This document shows, in pieces, positions 1-13,533 of a DNA stretch of 64,000 nt. Both the position numbers and the translations under genes were made by a program. Source of the stretch: Haliotis rufescens (lineage: Eukaryota); contig NW_025963846.1 in the NCBI RefSeq assembly GCF_023055435.1, forward strand, positions 5,952,001-6,016,000. The letters are read 5' to 3'. The notes under the pieces are model-generated. The model was not told where the DNA came from. It saw only the letters and a list, made by a program, of their open reading frames with translations, and searched no databases. How positions within the stretch are numbered: position 1 is the first letter of the stretch; the number at the start of each line of letters is the position of its first letter.

Positions 1-544
1 TCATTCCCTTGCTCATTCGTTCTTGTTATATAACACAATGACGGAGCGTAGAGGGATGAAGGTTGCCAACATAGTAAGGCAACAGTGATTATATTAGCAA
101 TATGGAACAGAGCAGGGGCAATGCTGGGTTGATTACGTTAAGTAACAACGGCATTGTGTGCTATTAATGTCTAGTGTAACATCTGCACTGTAAAACCCGT
201 GGCTGCATTCACAACGTATTCCAGGACACTTGTGAATAACATCTGCATAAATTAACCCGGCTCGAAATCAACTGGTCTTGGGTTGGAGTGTTCATTCTAA
301 CATCTGCATACCTACTCATTGTGTTTATTCGTGCATATATGATCATGAGTAATCGTGTGTGCATGTGCGCGCGTACGTGCGTGCGTGTAAAAGCCACAAC
401 AAGGTCACTATTCTCCGGTCGGTATGGTGTTCAGGATATTTTTTACTCGTTATAATGTCAAGTTGACCATATCCGCCTTCAACTGGGAGAAATACCTATT
501 TTCTATGTGTGTGAACGTCCTCGTGTGAGCGATTAGGGCCCTCG

Positions 545-1535
545 GATAACAGACTAAAATCGATCAAGAATCCTGAAATGAGAGAATAACAGACCAAAAT
601 CGATCAACAATCCCGAGAGGAGAGAATAACAGAGAGCTGACTAAATTCGATCAACAATCCTGAGATGAGAGAATAAGAGACTAAAATTGATCAAGAATCC
701 TGAAATGAGAGAATAAGAGACTAAAATCGATCAAGAATCCTGAAATGAGAGAATAACAGACTAAAATCGATCAACAATCCCGAGAGGAGAGAATTACAGA
801 CTAAAATCGATCAACAATCCTGAGATGAGAGAATAACAGACTAAAATCGATCAACAATCCCGAGAGGAGAGGATAACAGACTAAAATCGATCAAGAATCC
901 TGAGATGAGAGAATAACAGACTAAAATCGATCAACAATCCTGAAATGAGAGAATAACAGACTAAAATCGATCAATCCTGAGATGAGAGAATAACAAACTA
1001 AAATCGATCAACAATCCTGAAATGAGAGAATAACAGACTAATATCGATCAAGAATCCTGAAATGAGAGAATAACAGACTAAAATCGATCAAGAATCCTGA
1101 GATGAGAGAATAACAGACTAAAATCGATCAAGAATCCTGAAATGAGAGAATAACAGACTAAAATCGATCAATCCTGAGATGAGAGAATAACAAACTAAAA
1201 TCGATCAACAATCCTGAAATGAGAGAATAACAGACTAATATCGATCAAGAATCCTGAAATGAGAGAATAACAGACTAAAATCGATCAAGAATCCTGAGAT
1301 GAGAGAATAACAGACTAAAATCGATCAAGAATCCTGAAATGAGAGAATAACAGACTAAAATCGATCAATCCTGAGATGAGAGAATAACAAACTAAAATCG
1401 ATCAACAATCCTGAAATGAGAGAATAACAGACTAATATCGATCAAGAATCCTGAGATGAGAGAATAACAGACTAAAATCGATCAAGAATCCTGAAATGAG
1501 AGAATAACAGACAAAATCGATCAACAATACTGAAA
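545..1535. repeat. ~40-bp tandem minisatellite (GAGAGAATAACAGACTAAAATCGATCAAGAATCCTGAAAT)
   Basis: About 25 near-identical units are directly visible. Confidence 0.95.
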
Positions 1536-2170
1536 ATCGCAATCTTCACAGCCAATCCACTTGGAGCAGAAGGCAAATAGCTGTGAAAATTATACGAATG
1601 GACCACTGAAAATATGTGATGACACCAGATGAATGCGAACATTTTCAATAAAATTGAAATTCTGGAATGTTATGATAAATTTTACCTAAAGTAAAAAGTA
1701 CATTCAACACACGTGAGGCAGCCGATCCATGAGCGGAGCGATAACTGTTCCCCTGTGATCACGGGGTATTATCGTTACTAAGCAACCATAGGAATAGAAC
1801 ATGTTCAATACCTGTGCAGGCGAGCATGCAGATAGAGTTCAGTCAGAAACGGGGCGAATTTGTGATCCTGCACGCATAGAGGACGCAGCGCACACTAACG
1901 TACTTAAAGCTATTGTCTGGACTTGGAGTTAGGGAAGGGAGGGGGAGGTATGTCCCAGTAATCACCATACCTGTAGGATCCTACTACATTAAGGATCGGG
2001 TGTTAACGATGTCTCTCCTCGACGATTGCATGTCACCGTACTCGACGTCGAGAGGTTTTTCTCGACTGTCAGCCACTAAATTGCTTGGCAAGACCTCAAT
2101 GTTTCACAGAGCATCTTGATATATATGTATGTGATGTAGTAACTCCTACACTTGGGTCTTCATCTGAGGA

Positions 2171-2326
2171 GTGAGTGAGTGAGTGAGTATGGTTTTACGC
2201 CGCTTTTAGCAATATTCCAGCAATATCACGGCGGGGGACACCAGAAATGGGCTACACACAATGTACCCATGCCGGGTCTTCGGCGGGACGAGCGAACGCT
2301 TTAACCACTAGGCTACCCGACCGCCC
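2171..2326 (-). mobile_element. tRNA-derived SINE, family A, (ACTC)n tail
   Basis: tRNA-like head (TAGCCTAGTGGTTAAAGCG), partly deleted B-box region, flanked by the TSD CTTCATCTGAGGA; homologous to other copies in the window. Confidence 0.9.
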
Positions 2327-2997
2327 CTTCATCTGAGGAAGGGAACTATATACATATATGCAGAAAGTCTCCACTGAACAAAAGCCTTTAGAACTGCATA
2401 TCACTTAATCAGCTTGCAGTCGGTAGTTCTCGGTCATGGTTGCAGCCGGTTTGGGAATAACTATGTAAACCTCCCCCATCGCAGGGTTGGGGGGAATTAA
2501 GGGCCATTGCTGTCTAAACATTGAAAACAAGCTCTGACCTTGTGAAAGGTCAGATCAGTCAGCTGCAGGCTCATTTATCAATTAATCTGCTTTGTTCAGT
2601 CTTCAAATGTCGAACGTACGTGCCAGTAGATTTGAAAGCTGTTAATTTCATTTCAACATACATGTAGTGTTGATATGGGGTCCATTTGCATTTCTAATCT
2701 GCGTTTGCTATCTGCATATCTCAAACCCAGCAGCTGTATCTCCACGACAACCACACCAGACTTGTTGTGTCTTTCAAGGTTGTAGAACTGTTCTGTTGCA
2801 CTACTCTCAAACTAAATTTCAGAAATGTGGAATAATAGCCATTTTTGTGGAAACACTTCACAACAGGTGGCCGTTTTGGAAAGGAAGAAATTCATCTTCA
2901 TTTGAGAAAGGGCTCGCTTGTTCCATTTCAATTTTATTACTGGACCCGGTTTGGAGAGAAGTTAGAAATAAGCATTAATTATATTTCCATGTCGACC

Positions 2998-3098
2998 GGG
3001 CGGTCGGGTAGCCTAGTGGTTAAAGCGTTCGCTCGTCACGCCGAAGACCCGGGTTCGATTCCCGACGTGGGTACAATGTGTGAAGCCCATTTCTGGTG

Positions 3099-3132
<34 letters not shown>

Positions 3133-3180
3133 ATATTGCTGGAATATTGCTAAAAGCGGCGTAAAACCAAACTCACTCAC
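2998..3180 (+). mobile_element. tRNA-derived SINE, family A
   Basis: A box TAGCCTAGTGG, B box GGTTCGATTCCC, (ACTC)n tail, TSD CCATGTCGACC; internal poly-C expansion. Confidence 0.9.
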
Positions 3181-3399
3181 CCCATGTCGACCAGTTCACC
3201 TATGGTTATGGTTTTAAAAACAAACTTGAAATTTGAAAACAATGCAAAGTTTTTGTAAATCAGGGACTTTTGTGCAAGTAGATGTTGCCAGGCAGCAAAT
3301 TAAAACAATTCTGAATGCCGTGACGGAAAATATGGTTTGATAAGGTAAAAAAACAACAACAAATTAACGTAGGGAGACAGGTCAATATATTGTCCTCTG

Positions 3400-3670
3400 A
3401 GTGAGTGAGGTTGAACTCTGCTTTGAACAGCATTAAAGTTATATGACGGCGTGTCAGATTAATGTGGGAGGAAAGGCTAAACTGATGCGCGTCTCAGACG
3501 TTTACCACCTTGGTAAAACCCACGAGCACGGGTATGGTTCTGACAAATGTAAAAACATAATGGATGAACCAGGATTCGAACCCACGATGATGGATTTCTG
3601 GTGTGCCCAAGGGACGTAACACCGCACAGCGAAATGCTGCGCCTTAGACGACTGGGCTACCCATGTCCCT
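3400..3670 (-). mobile_element. degenerate tRNA-headed SINE-like element (related copy at ~12660-12900)
   Basis: Minus-strand B-box GGTTCGAATCC and A-box-like head, with a GAGT tail; shares blocks with 12660-12900. Confidence 0.5.
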
Positions 3671-4199
3671 TTGTACTCTAAAGGTGGCGTGAAACGCTGA
3701 ATATGAAGAACGCAAACAAGCTGCCAGGCAAACGATACATTTGCATATAATTATGATATTTGACCAAAACAATTATACACGTTATCAAAACGATACTAGG
3801 CTTAAAACAGTCGCCGAAACGTTAGGTTCAAAACACACAACTATTATACCCGAATGAAATTCATCCCAATCGAATAACCATTTCTTGCTTGTTTCATTTC
3901 TAGCCACCATCAAACATGTATACTTTCTTTTTACCGGCGGTTTAGTACCTGCAACATGGCGGTTGTTGGACATGGAGTATGTTTTGGCCCGACCCTCAAG
4001 GCCGCTTTGGTTAACTCTGTAAGTGAAGGAGAGAATTGACACAGACATTCAGTCCATCGACCCCTTACAATGCCATTATTCCTTGAAGTAAATTATTTTA
4101 AAGAAATCGACAGATTCCAATGTTCGTGACGACATGATACAAACTCGTAAGCCGTTAAATCCAAAGACAAACTTTGCGTCTGTCAAGTCGTGTTATACA

Positions 4200-4846
4200 G
4201 CTTGATCATGGAAAAACACATGGGCTTCTTGTATACGTACACTGCTTTTTGCATATGGCTGTGGTTTCATTTGGCTGTCTCACACAATTAGTAATGCAAA
4301 TGTTTTCTTTGAGCACGTTCGCATGCGTGCCATGTTTCATCAGAAATGGCTTTCAAATATTTACGAAAGTTCAAGATATGATACCTTTCGTAGGTTCAAG
4401 TCATTGCTTGAACCAGAATCCTATTTATCAAACTTACGGTACAGGAATTGTCGAAACATCATTATTCGTTTTGGACTTGGCCTGAATGGTCTAAAAATAA
4501 ACACAGGAAAATGTTCATCTGTTGAGAAATCCCTAAGGTTATGCCCATTCTGTGACATTGTTCGTCGAAGAGGAATACCATTTTATGTTTATTTGCCCTA
4601 TATACGCAAATCTAAGAAACAAGTACTTACCGCGGTGGTCTTAATCTCAATTTAATGCTACAAGATTGTCTTCATGACTGTCCTTCAAGGATCCTCTAAT
4701 ACAACATCAACTGGCTTAGTACATACATCATGCGTTATTGTTACGAAGTGAATTGTTACCTTGACTTTGTATCTTATAAAATATGTTATGTAACTCCGTT
4801 GTATATAGGCCTGTGGCCTTTCATATAATAAAGAATTGAATTGAAT
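4200..4846 (+). pseudogene. 5'-truncated LINE remnant (C-terminus of ORF2 with CCHC-type knuckle)
   Basis: FKSLLEPESYL...IRFGLG..LKINTG...RLCPFCD then frameshifted EYHFMFICP; ends in AATAAA plus (GAATT)n tail. Confidence 0.75.
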
Positions 4847-4854
4847 ACTGTCAT

Positions 4855-5050
4855 TTACATTGCTTCTAGATATTATTAAATTTACATTGCCTCTAGATAT
4901 TTTCAGATGTGCATTGCTTCTGGATATTATTAAATTTACATTGCTTCTAGATATTATTAGATGTGCATTGCTTCTAGATATTATTAAATTTACATTGCTT
5001 CTAGATATTATTGAAATTACACTGCTGCTAGATATTGTTGAAACTACACT
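4855..5050. repeat. ~27-bp tandem repeat (TTTACATTGCTTCTAGATATTATTAAA)
   Basis: About 7 degenerate units. Confidence 0.9.
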
Positions 5051-5329
5051 GCGGAGCTAATACAAATATTCATTATACTACAGTGAGAAATTTTATTTCA
5101 TTATCCTTCACATATTGAAAATCGCAACAACCTGTTACATTAATGATGGGGCTCATTTTCAATATCGACTCATTCATAACTGTGATATGACTGTTATGTT
5201 GACTGATTGATTAACTTGTGGTTATTGCAGCTGGTGAAAGGCAATTTTCATGATCGTTATACTTGATATAATGACAGGATTCAAATAGCAGTTAGGATGA
5301 GAATGTGAACCACAGTATTATTCTTCTGG

Positions 5330-6415
5330 CAATCATCGGTATAAATGTACCATTGCTGACTACAAGCCGTCGGTATATAACTGTAACATTGCTGAATATA
5401 GATCGCCGTCATATAACTGTACCATTGCTGACTACAAGCCGTCGGTATATAACTGTAACATTGCTGAATATAGATCGCCGTCATATAACTGTACCATTGC
5501 TGACTACAAGCCGTCGGTATATAACTGTAACATTGTTGAGTATAGGCCGTCGTCATATAACTGAAACATTGTTGACTACAGGCCGCCGGTATATAACTGT
5601 AACATTGTTGAGTATAGGCCGTCGTCATATAACTGAAACATTGTTGACTACAGGCCGCCGTCATATAACTGTAACCTTGCTGACTACAGATCGCCGTCAT
5701 ATAACTGTAACATTGCTGAGTACAGATCGATGTCATATACCTGTAACATTGCTGACTACAGGCCGCCGTCATATAACTGTAACATTGTTGAGTATAGGCC
5801 GCCGTCATATAACTGTAACATTGCTGACTACAGGCCACCGTCATTTAACTGTAACATTGTTGAGTATAGGCCGCCGTCATATAACTGCAACATTGCTGAC
5901 TAGAGATAGCCGTCATATAACTGTAACATTGCTGACTGCAGATCGCCGTCATATGAATATAACATTGCTGACTACAGATCGCCGACATATAACTGTAACC
6001 TTGCTGACTACATATATTTGTCATATACCTGTAACATTGCTGACTACAGGCCGCCGTCATATAACTGTTACATTGCTGACTACAGGCCGCCGTCATATAA
6101 CTGTAACACTGCTGACTACAGGCCGCCGGTATTTAACTGTAACATTGTTGAGTATAGGCCGCCGTCATTTAACTGTAACATTGCTGACTACTGTCCGTCG
6201 GTATATAACAGTTACTGTAACATTGCAGGCTACAGGCCGCCGGTATATAACTGTTACATTGTTGAGTATAGGCCGCCGTCATATAACTGAAACATTGCTG
6301 ACTGCAGGCCGCCGGTATATAACTGTTTCATTGTTGAGTATAGGTAGCCGTCATATAACTGTAACATTGCTGACTACAGATCGCCGTAATATAACTGTAA
6401 CATTGCTGAGAAATA
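5330..6415. repeat. 36-bp minisatellite (GTAACATTGCTGACTACAGGCCGCCGTCATATAACT)
   Basis: About 30 units; explains the 372-aa and 187-aa repetitive ORFs. Confidence 0.95.
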
Positions 6416-6946
6416 TAAAATAAAAGAATGTACTTGCACTTTGTGTGAGTTCATTGGAGTATGAACCTTTATAGAGTGAGGGCCAAACATTGTATGAACG
6501 TCGTCGCAAGCTGACTACAGATCACCTTCCGACGTTCATGCAGTTTGGCCCTCACTTTATGAAGGTTCATACTCCAATGAACTCACGCAAAGTTAAAGTA
6601 CATTCTAAAGTAACATTGCTGAGTACAGGCCGCAGGTATATAACGCTAATATTGCTGACTTCGATCGCGACGTCAAACAGTACTGACTTGCTCAACCTCT
6701 GTCCTGCGTTGAGCTGCTGTTGACATAGAAACGGCATCTGTTCTGGCATAACATAGGGAGATAATCTGCTGCTACCCACTTGAGCCGTCTACAAGATGGT
6801 TCCCTCCTTACAGATACAGCAGCACATAGGAGTGATGGCATCGGTGATGGGAATTCGCCATAGTGGGCCGCCTGCAACCTGACTTTGCGTCGTGTTGACA
6901 GTGAAGAAATGTGACCATGCGTTATCTAATCTAGAGCTGAACTGTT

Positions 6947-7429
6947 CAGTCCCCGATCTATTCCGTGGCCAAAAATAAAAATTCTGCGTCAATTTTGGTA
7001 AATTCTGCAACCAATTTTTTTATAATTCTACACAAAATTCTGCAAATTTTTCAGCTTAGTTTTCGTGAATTTCTTAGTTTTGCGCCTGTTTGACTTGTGA
7101 CATTTTTTTTATGATAAACGTATCCATGGCTAGAATAATTTATTGAAGTGAATCTGGAGATCACTGGTGTAAATATAAAGACATGCATTTTGGTGAGCAA
7201 TAGTACAAAAGTCAATTTCACATCAAAACGAAATCAATATCCATTTATACGTTTAAAAACACCGTTCGACGTCTTAAATGTCTGCAGTGTATATGACGAA
7301 TCCTGCGGCGGATAAATGCAAAATTCTGCACAAAATGTGATTTCTGCAGGTTAGGTACATTTCTGCACCGAGTGGGCATTTCTGCAAAATATTCTGTGAA
7401 CGCGGAATCGCGGAATACAGCGGGGACTG
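6947..7429. mobile_element. MITE / non-autonomous DNA transposon
   Basis: Terminal inverted repeats CAGTCCCCG.T.TATTCCG / CGGAATAC.GCGGGGACTG with subterminal TTCTGC repeats; no clean TSD. Confidence 0.6.
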
Positions 7430-7514
7430 ACTGTAAATAAAACATAATACGTAATAAAATAAAACATCAAGTAAACAAAATCTGTTCATGCGTCACGGTG
7501 TTGATACAAGTCAG

Positions 7515-7872
7515 TGGCGTAACATGTGTAGTGTATTCAGTCAAGCGTAACATGTGTAGTGTATTCAGTCAAGCGTAACATGTGTAGTGTATTCAGTCAA
7601 GCGTAACATGTGTAGTGTATTCAGTCAAGCGTAACATGTGTAGTGCATTCAGTCAAACGTAACATGTGTAGTGTATTCAGTCAAGCGTAACAAGTGTAGT
7701 GTATTCAGTCAAACGTAACAAGTGTAGTGTATTCAGTCAAGGTGTTGATACAAGTCAGGGGCGTAACATGTGTAGTGTATTCAGTCAAGCGTAACATGTG
7801 TAGTGTATTCAGTCAAGCGTAACAAGTGTAGTGTATTCAGTCAAACGTAACATGTGTAGTGTATTCAGTCAA
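7515..7872. repeat. 28-bp minisatellite (GCGTAACATGTGTAGTGTATTCAGTCAA)
   Basis: About 12 units. Confidence 0.95.
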
Positions 7873-7894
7873 GGTGTCGAATATGTGGTGCTTG

Positions 7895-8720
7895 TGTGTA
7901 GGTGACGCATATTTCGTGTTTCTGAGTAGGTGACGAATATGTTTGGTTTTCGGGTAGGTGACGAATATGCAAATAAGTCGTGTATCGGGGTAGGTGACGT
8001 ATATGTAGATATAGGTTGTGTTTTCTGGTAGGTGACGAATATGTACAGAATGGTTGGTTTCTTGGTAGGTGACGAAAATGTTGGGTTTTCGGGTAGGTGA
8101 CTCATATGCAAATAAGTCGTGTTTCGGAGTAGGTGACGAAATATGTAGATATAGGTTGTGTTTTCTGGTAGGTGAAGAATATGTACAGAATGGTTGGTTT
8201 CTTGGTAGGTGATGAAAATGTTGTGTTTTCGAGTAGGTGACGAATATGCAAATAAGTCGTGTTTCGGAGTAGGTGACGAATATGTAGATATAGGTTGTGT
8301 TTTCTGGTAGGTGACGGATATGTACAGAATGGTTGGTTTCTTGGTAGGTGACGAAAATGTTGTGTTTTCGAGTAGGTGACGAATATGCAAATAAGTCGTG
8401 TTTCGGAGTAGGTGACGAAATATGTAGATATAGGTTGTGTTTTCAGGTAGGTGACGAATATGTACAGAATGGTTGGTTGTTAGGTGAAGCAAATGTTGTG
8501 TTTTCGGGTAGGTGAATAATATGCACATGATGGATATGACAGATAGGATGTGTTTCTGGGTAGGTGACGGATATGGTGTGTTTCCGGCCAAGTGACGGAT
8601 GTGACGTGTTTCCGGCCAAGTGATTGATATACACAGATAGGTTGTTTTTATGGTAAGGTGACTAATGTGTACAGATCGGCTGTGTTTCCGGGAAGATGAT
8701 TGATATGAACAGGTGGGTTG
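7895..8720. repeat. degenerate composite repeat built on TAGGTGACGAA...TGTGTTT units
   Basis: Higher-order recurrence of four subunit types; grades into the homogeneous array at 8720. Confidence 0.85.
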
Positions 8721-10035
8721 TGATTCCGTGTATATGACAGATAGGTTGTGTCTCCGTGTATATGACAGATAGGTTGTGTCTCCGTGTATATGACAGATAG
8801 GTTGTGTCTCCGTGTATATGACAGATAGGTTGTGTCTCCGTGTATATGACGGATAGGTTGTGTCTCCGTGTATATGACAGATAGGTTGTGTCTCCGTGTA
8901 TATGACAGATAGGTTGTGTCTCCGTGTATATGACAGATAGGTTGTGTCTCCGTGTATATGACAGATAGGTTGTGTCTCCGTGTATATGACAGATAGGTTG
9001 TGTCTCCGTGTATATGACAGATAGGTTGTGTCTCCGTGTATATGACAGATAGGTTGTGTCTCCGTGTATATGACAGATAGGTTGTGTCTCCGTGTATATG
9101 ACAGATAGGTTGTGATTCCGTGTATGTGACAGATAGGTTGTGTCTCCGTGTATATGACAGATAGGTTGTGTCTCCGTGTATATGACAGATAGGTTGTGTC
9201 TCCGTGTATATGACAGATAGGTTGTGTCTCCGTGTATATGACAGATAGGTTGTGATTCCGTGTATATGACAGATAGGTTGTGTCTCCGTGTATATGACAG
9301 ATAGGTTGTGTCTCCGTGTATATGACAGATAGGTTGTGTCTCCGTGTATATGACAGATAGGTTGTGTCTCCGTGTATATGACAGATAGGTTGTGTCTCCG
9401 TGTATATGACAGATAGGTTGTGTCTCCGTGTATATGACAGATAGGTTGTGTCTCCGTGTATATGACAGATAGGTTGTGTCTCCGTGTATATGACATAGGT
9501 TGTGTCTCCGTGTATATGACAGATAGGTTGTGTCTCCGTGTATATGACAGATAGGTTGTGTCTCCGTGTATATGACAGATAGGTTGTGTCTCCGTGTATA
9601 TGACAGATAGGTTGTGTCTCCGTGTATATGACAGATAGGTTGTGTCTCCGTGTATATGACAGATAGGTTGTGTCTCCGTGTATATGACAGATAGGTTGTG
9701 TCTCCGTGTATATGACAGATAGGTTGTGTCTCCGAGTATATGACAGATAGGTTGTGTCTCCGTGTATATGACAGATAGGTTGTGTCTCCGTGTATATGAC
9801 AGATAGGTTGTGTCTCCGTGTATATGACAGATAGGTTGTGTCTCCGTGTATATGACAGATAGGTTGTGTCTCCGTGTATATGACAGATAGGTTGTGTCTC
9901 CGTGTATATGACAGATAGGTTGTGTCTCCGTGTATATGACAGATAGGTTGTGTCTCCGTGTATATGACAGATAGGTTGTGTCTCCGTGTATATGACAGAT
10001 AGGTTGTATCTCCGGGTAGATGACAAATAGGTTGT
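8720..10035. repeat. homogeneous 28-bp minisatellite (GATAGGTTGTGTCTCCGTGTATATGACA)
   Basis: About 46 nearly identical units; explains the 736, 484 and 282-aa minus-strand ORFs. Confidence 0.97.
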
Positions 10036-10196
10036 GTTTCCGAATAGATGACCAATCTGTGTGGAAAATGTTTCAGCATGTTTTGTTCCGGAGTTGAATC
10101 TAGAAATACGTTGCATTTAGGAATGGTAAGGAATATGTAAAGATATCATGTGTTGTGCATGTCGCAAATGTGTACAGGAGTGTTTGTACGTTTCAG

Positions 10197-13189
10197 GGTA
10201 CGTGACGAATCTGTACAGGGACGGTGACGAGGTGATTGGCCTGGTGTGTCCGCAGATTGCCAACCGATTATCCTCCATCGCAGAGGAAGGTAACTATTTC
10301 ACTGACCAATTCGCTCGAACTTAATGAGCTTATTTTAAATAGTTCTAGTTTCTATAATAAGATTGTGCTTACTGCGATAAATCTATGAAATATGAAGCCA
10401 TCGGTAATTATCAAAACATCATTATGTTATTAAGAACATATTTGGTCCCAGGCGTTATCAACAACAGCAACAATGACGACGACGACGACGACGACGACGA
10501 CGATGATGGTGATGATGATGATGAATAAAAACCTCAAGTTTGTCTTAAGTGCTGAGTGAAATGGTTGGGAACCGGGTGGTCAGTTTGACTGGACTAACAG
10601 GGGTATTTACAGGTCGCCATAATATAGCTGAAACATTACTACCTGTGGCATAACACAACATTCACCCGCTCACTCCCTGTACTGGGACAGCCGTGTGCCA
10701 CTCCGTTAATGCACGTAGAGGTGCATGCCACGAGGAAGTGCCATAAAATCCCCCTAGGTGCTCCCCCCCAACAGAGGATACCGGTTGATGTTTTATCTGT
10801 GTGACCGTGTGCATCAAACCGTATTCCTCAAGGGATAATCCGACAACGGATTTATTTAGCACAATCTGAAGACGGCTGTGAAGCGTTTGTTTGTCGCCAT
10901 AGTGCCAGGTTATCTCTGGATGACGATGTGTGTATGGTCAGGCTTTGTGCATCACGTTCGCGTAAGGTCAATGTTAATATACATGAGGCGAGGCCGCTTT
11001 GGTGTAAGGGGCTTACAGAATGCGGGCATATGTTTTTTCAGTTGAACACCGTTGTTGTTGGGTACAGGACAATTTGTACCAACGCCTTGGAAGGGTAAAC
11101 TTAAAGTAGTTTACACGTAATGTCAGATAAGGCATATGCCCTCACAGTGAACGAACGAACGAACGAACGAACGAACGAACGAACGAACGAACAAACGAAC
11201 CAACGAACGAACGAATTATCTTTATTTCCACCAATATAGTCGGAGAGTGCATTGTAGCTTATATTCAGTATAGACTATGTACAATAGGATTGTGAATTCA
11301 CAAACACCAAACTCATACGGAAATCAGTAGAGTGAATACATGTATATATATATAAACAATGAAAGTTTTGCTAGTATGTTCCCCGAACTTATTCCTTTGT
11401 CTGTTTTACACATGAATCTGGCCGGGTCATCGAGTTCCATCTCTTCAACAATAGTTATGACACCACCAAGAATTGTTCAGTGTTACAATCTCCCAATCCT
11501 CGAGAGTCAGATAGTGATGGAAGCTGATGATGTCACATAGACGTTCACTTAAAAGTCGTATTTAACATACAAGGTAGGATAAGACAGTATTCTCCCCTAT
11601 GTAGTTATTTTTATGTCCATTCTCATCACTAACCTGGGTGTGTTTGTTCCAGATAAGACCCCAGAAGGTATCAGGGGGATTATTGAAGATGAGAACAAAC
11701 GCATCCAAGAAACGATGGATCGTTTTACCAAGCGTATAGAGACCACCCAGGTAACATCTGCCATGCCACAGGTCGAATTATATCGAATAGACCTCGAGAT
11801 ATCCGTATTTCGAGCTTATCTAAGTTTGAATGTACCCGAGTGACCACATGAAGTGTTATGTTACGTCCATAAATGTTCATTATTATTATTATTATTATCA
11901 TTATTATTATTATTATTACCGCAGGTGGGGCGGTCGGGTAGCCTAGTGGTTAAAGCGTTCGCTCGTCACGCCGAAGACCCGGGTTCGAATCCCGACATGG
12001 GTACAATGTGTGAAGCCCATTTCTGGTGTCCCCCGCCGTGATATTGCTGGAATATTGCTAAAAGCGGCGTAAAACCATACTCACTCACTCACTATTACCG
12101 CAGGTACTAGTATCTGCTCAAATCCGGTTTTCTTCTGGGGAGTATACAACCCAAACTGCCTAAGGGCGCTAGAAGGTGTTTACATCCACCTCACATATCG
12201 GGTACCCATTCCCTGCTGGGTGAACAGAGGCACATTTGAACTGAGTCACTTGCCCAGGGTGACACCACACGTTTTGACACTTGTGCGTCAGGTATATGTA
12301 CGTATTCGTGTTTCCACCATCTGGTCATCTACCATCGGACCAGTGGGTTCTTTTTGAGTGCCCAGGGTGTATGTACTGTACGCTATTGAGCATTTAAACT
12401 TCCAGTTATCTCTTTGTCGGATTATTTTGTCTATGTTGTGAACTGGCGGCCATTGTGATTTGTGTTGAAAGGTTAATCGTTATGTCTCCTAGTTGATGTA
12501 AATGTGTGTGTGTGTGTGTGTGTGTTTGTATGCGTGCGTGCGTGTGTGTATGCGTGCGTGCGTGCGTGCGTGCGTGCGTGTGTTGATCGTTGCCGTCAAT
12601 AGTAAGCCCAAGAGTCTGACGTTTTGGAGTAGTCAAGCTTATAATGAAAATAAAATCTGTTTGGGTGAGCTTGGTTCAACGCCGCTTTGACAGTATTGCA
12701 GTTATATCACAGCGTGGCAGGTTGGCGCGGGACGAAAACCCTTAGTGATTCAGGTGTAAGACGTTTGGCACAATTGTGAAACCCACAAGCATGGGGTATT
12801 GTGAAAAAAATCCTTGAAACAATCGGGGCGAACCGGGATTCGAACACACGATTACAAGTTTCTGGCTCGCCTATGGGACGTAGCTGGGCCTTCCTCGCCT
12901 TAGTAAGAGCGAGTGTAGGGACTTGCTTTATAAACTCTACCCGCCAATCATTATTATGAACACGATCGCTCCATATATAGTTTTGTTTCAGGTCAAAGGG
13001 GAGGTAACTACTGTTAACGGGATATCACCGGGACAAACAATTGTGGAAATGGCAGAGTCACGTGGTGTCAGCTTTATCGTCATTGGCTCACGTGGTCGAG
13101 GCGTCAAGAGACGCACTCCGATTGGTCACGTGTGCGACTTCGTCATGAACCATGCTACGGTGCCTGTTATGATCTGCAAGGATGCGTAG
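10197..13189 (+). CDS. Universal stress protein (USP-A-like), spliced; exons 10197-10289, 11653-11750, 12992-13189; first coding exon not located
   Basis: Phase-compatible AG/GT exons join to (W)YVTNLYRDGDEVIGLVC...EE-DKTPEGIRGIIEDE...TTQ-VKGE...PGQTIVEMAESRGVSFIVIGSRGRGVKRRTPIGHVCDFVMNHATVPVMICKDA*, the typical metazoan USP C-terminal signature. Confidence 0.85.
11927..12092 (+). mobile_element. tRNA-derived SINE, family A (in USP intron)
   Basis: Full-length copy with intact A and B boxes; perfect 13-bp TSD TATTACCGCAGGT. Confidence 0.92.
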
Positions 13190-13294
13190 TGACGTCATCA
13201 TAGTCACTGCCATTACTTTAACTTGTATGATTAATTATGGTTGCTTCCGCATTAAATTAATTTCCAGAATTACTTGCTGTCCAAAGTATGTTAG

Positions 13295-13533
13295 ACCGCT
13301 TCCGTGGTCAAGTGGTAGAGCGTCCGCCTGGAGAGCGGAAGGTCCGGGGTTCGATCCCCTGCCGCGTCATACCAAAAGACGTTAAAAGGCGGTACTTGTT
13401 GTTACCCTGTCACCGCGGCATGATATCTCAGTGAGCTAGTACCATAAATCGGCATCAGTCCGGACTAGTACAAGCAGCCACACACACACGTGCATGGACG
13501 TTGCTATATTAAGTGCAATAATCTTTGACGTTA
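13295..13533 (+). mobile_element. tRNA-headed SINE, family B (Meta/MESC-domain, RUDI-like)
   Basis: tRNA head followed by GTCATACCAAAAGACGTTAAAAGGCGGTACTTGTTG core; homologs at 15846-16204(-), 20455-20792, 27192-27425 and 32065-32195. Confidence 0.7.

Noticed and set aside
2998-3075. tRNA gene
   Set aside because: It is a SINE head: followed by SINE body and tail, flanked by TSDs and present in six copies.
5281-6423. 372-aa and 187-aa repetitive ORFs
   Set aside because: Translation of a 36-bp minisatellite, with no unique coding flanks or signal peptide.
7869-10116. 736, 484 and 282-aa minus-strand ORFs
   Set aside because: Artefacts of a 28-bp repeat lacking stops on that strand; all three frames give the same peptide.
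10678-10770. Possible HDV-like ribozyme on the minus strand (CACTTCCTCGTG)
   Set aside because: A P3/L3-like motif is present, but I could not build convincing P1 and P2 helices.
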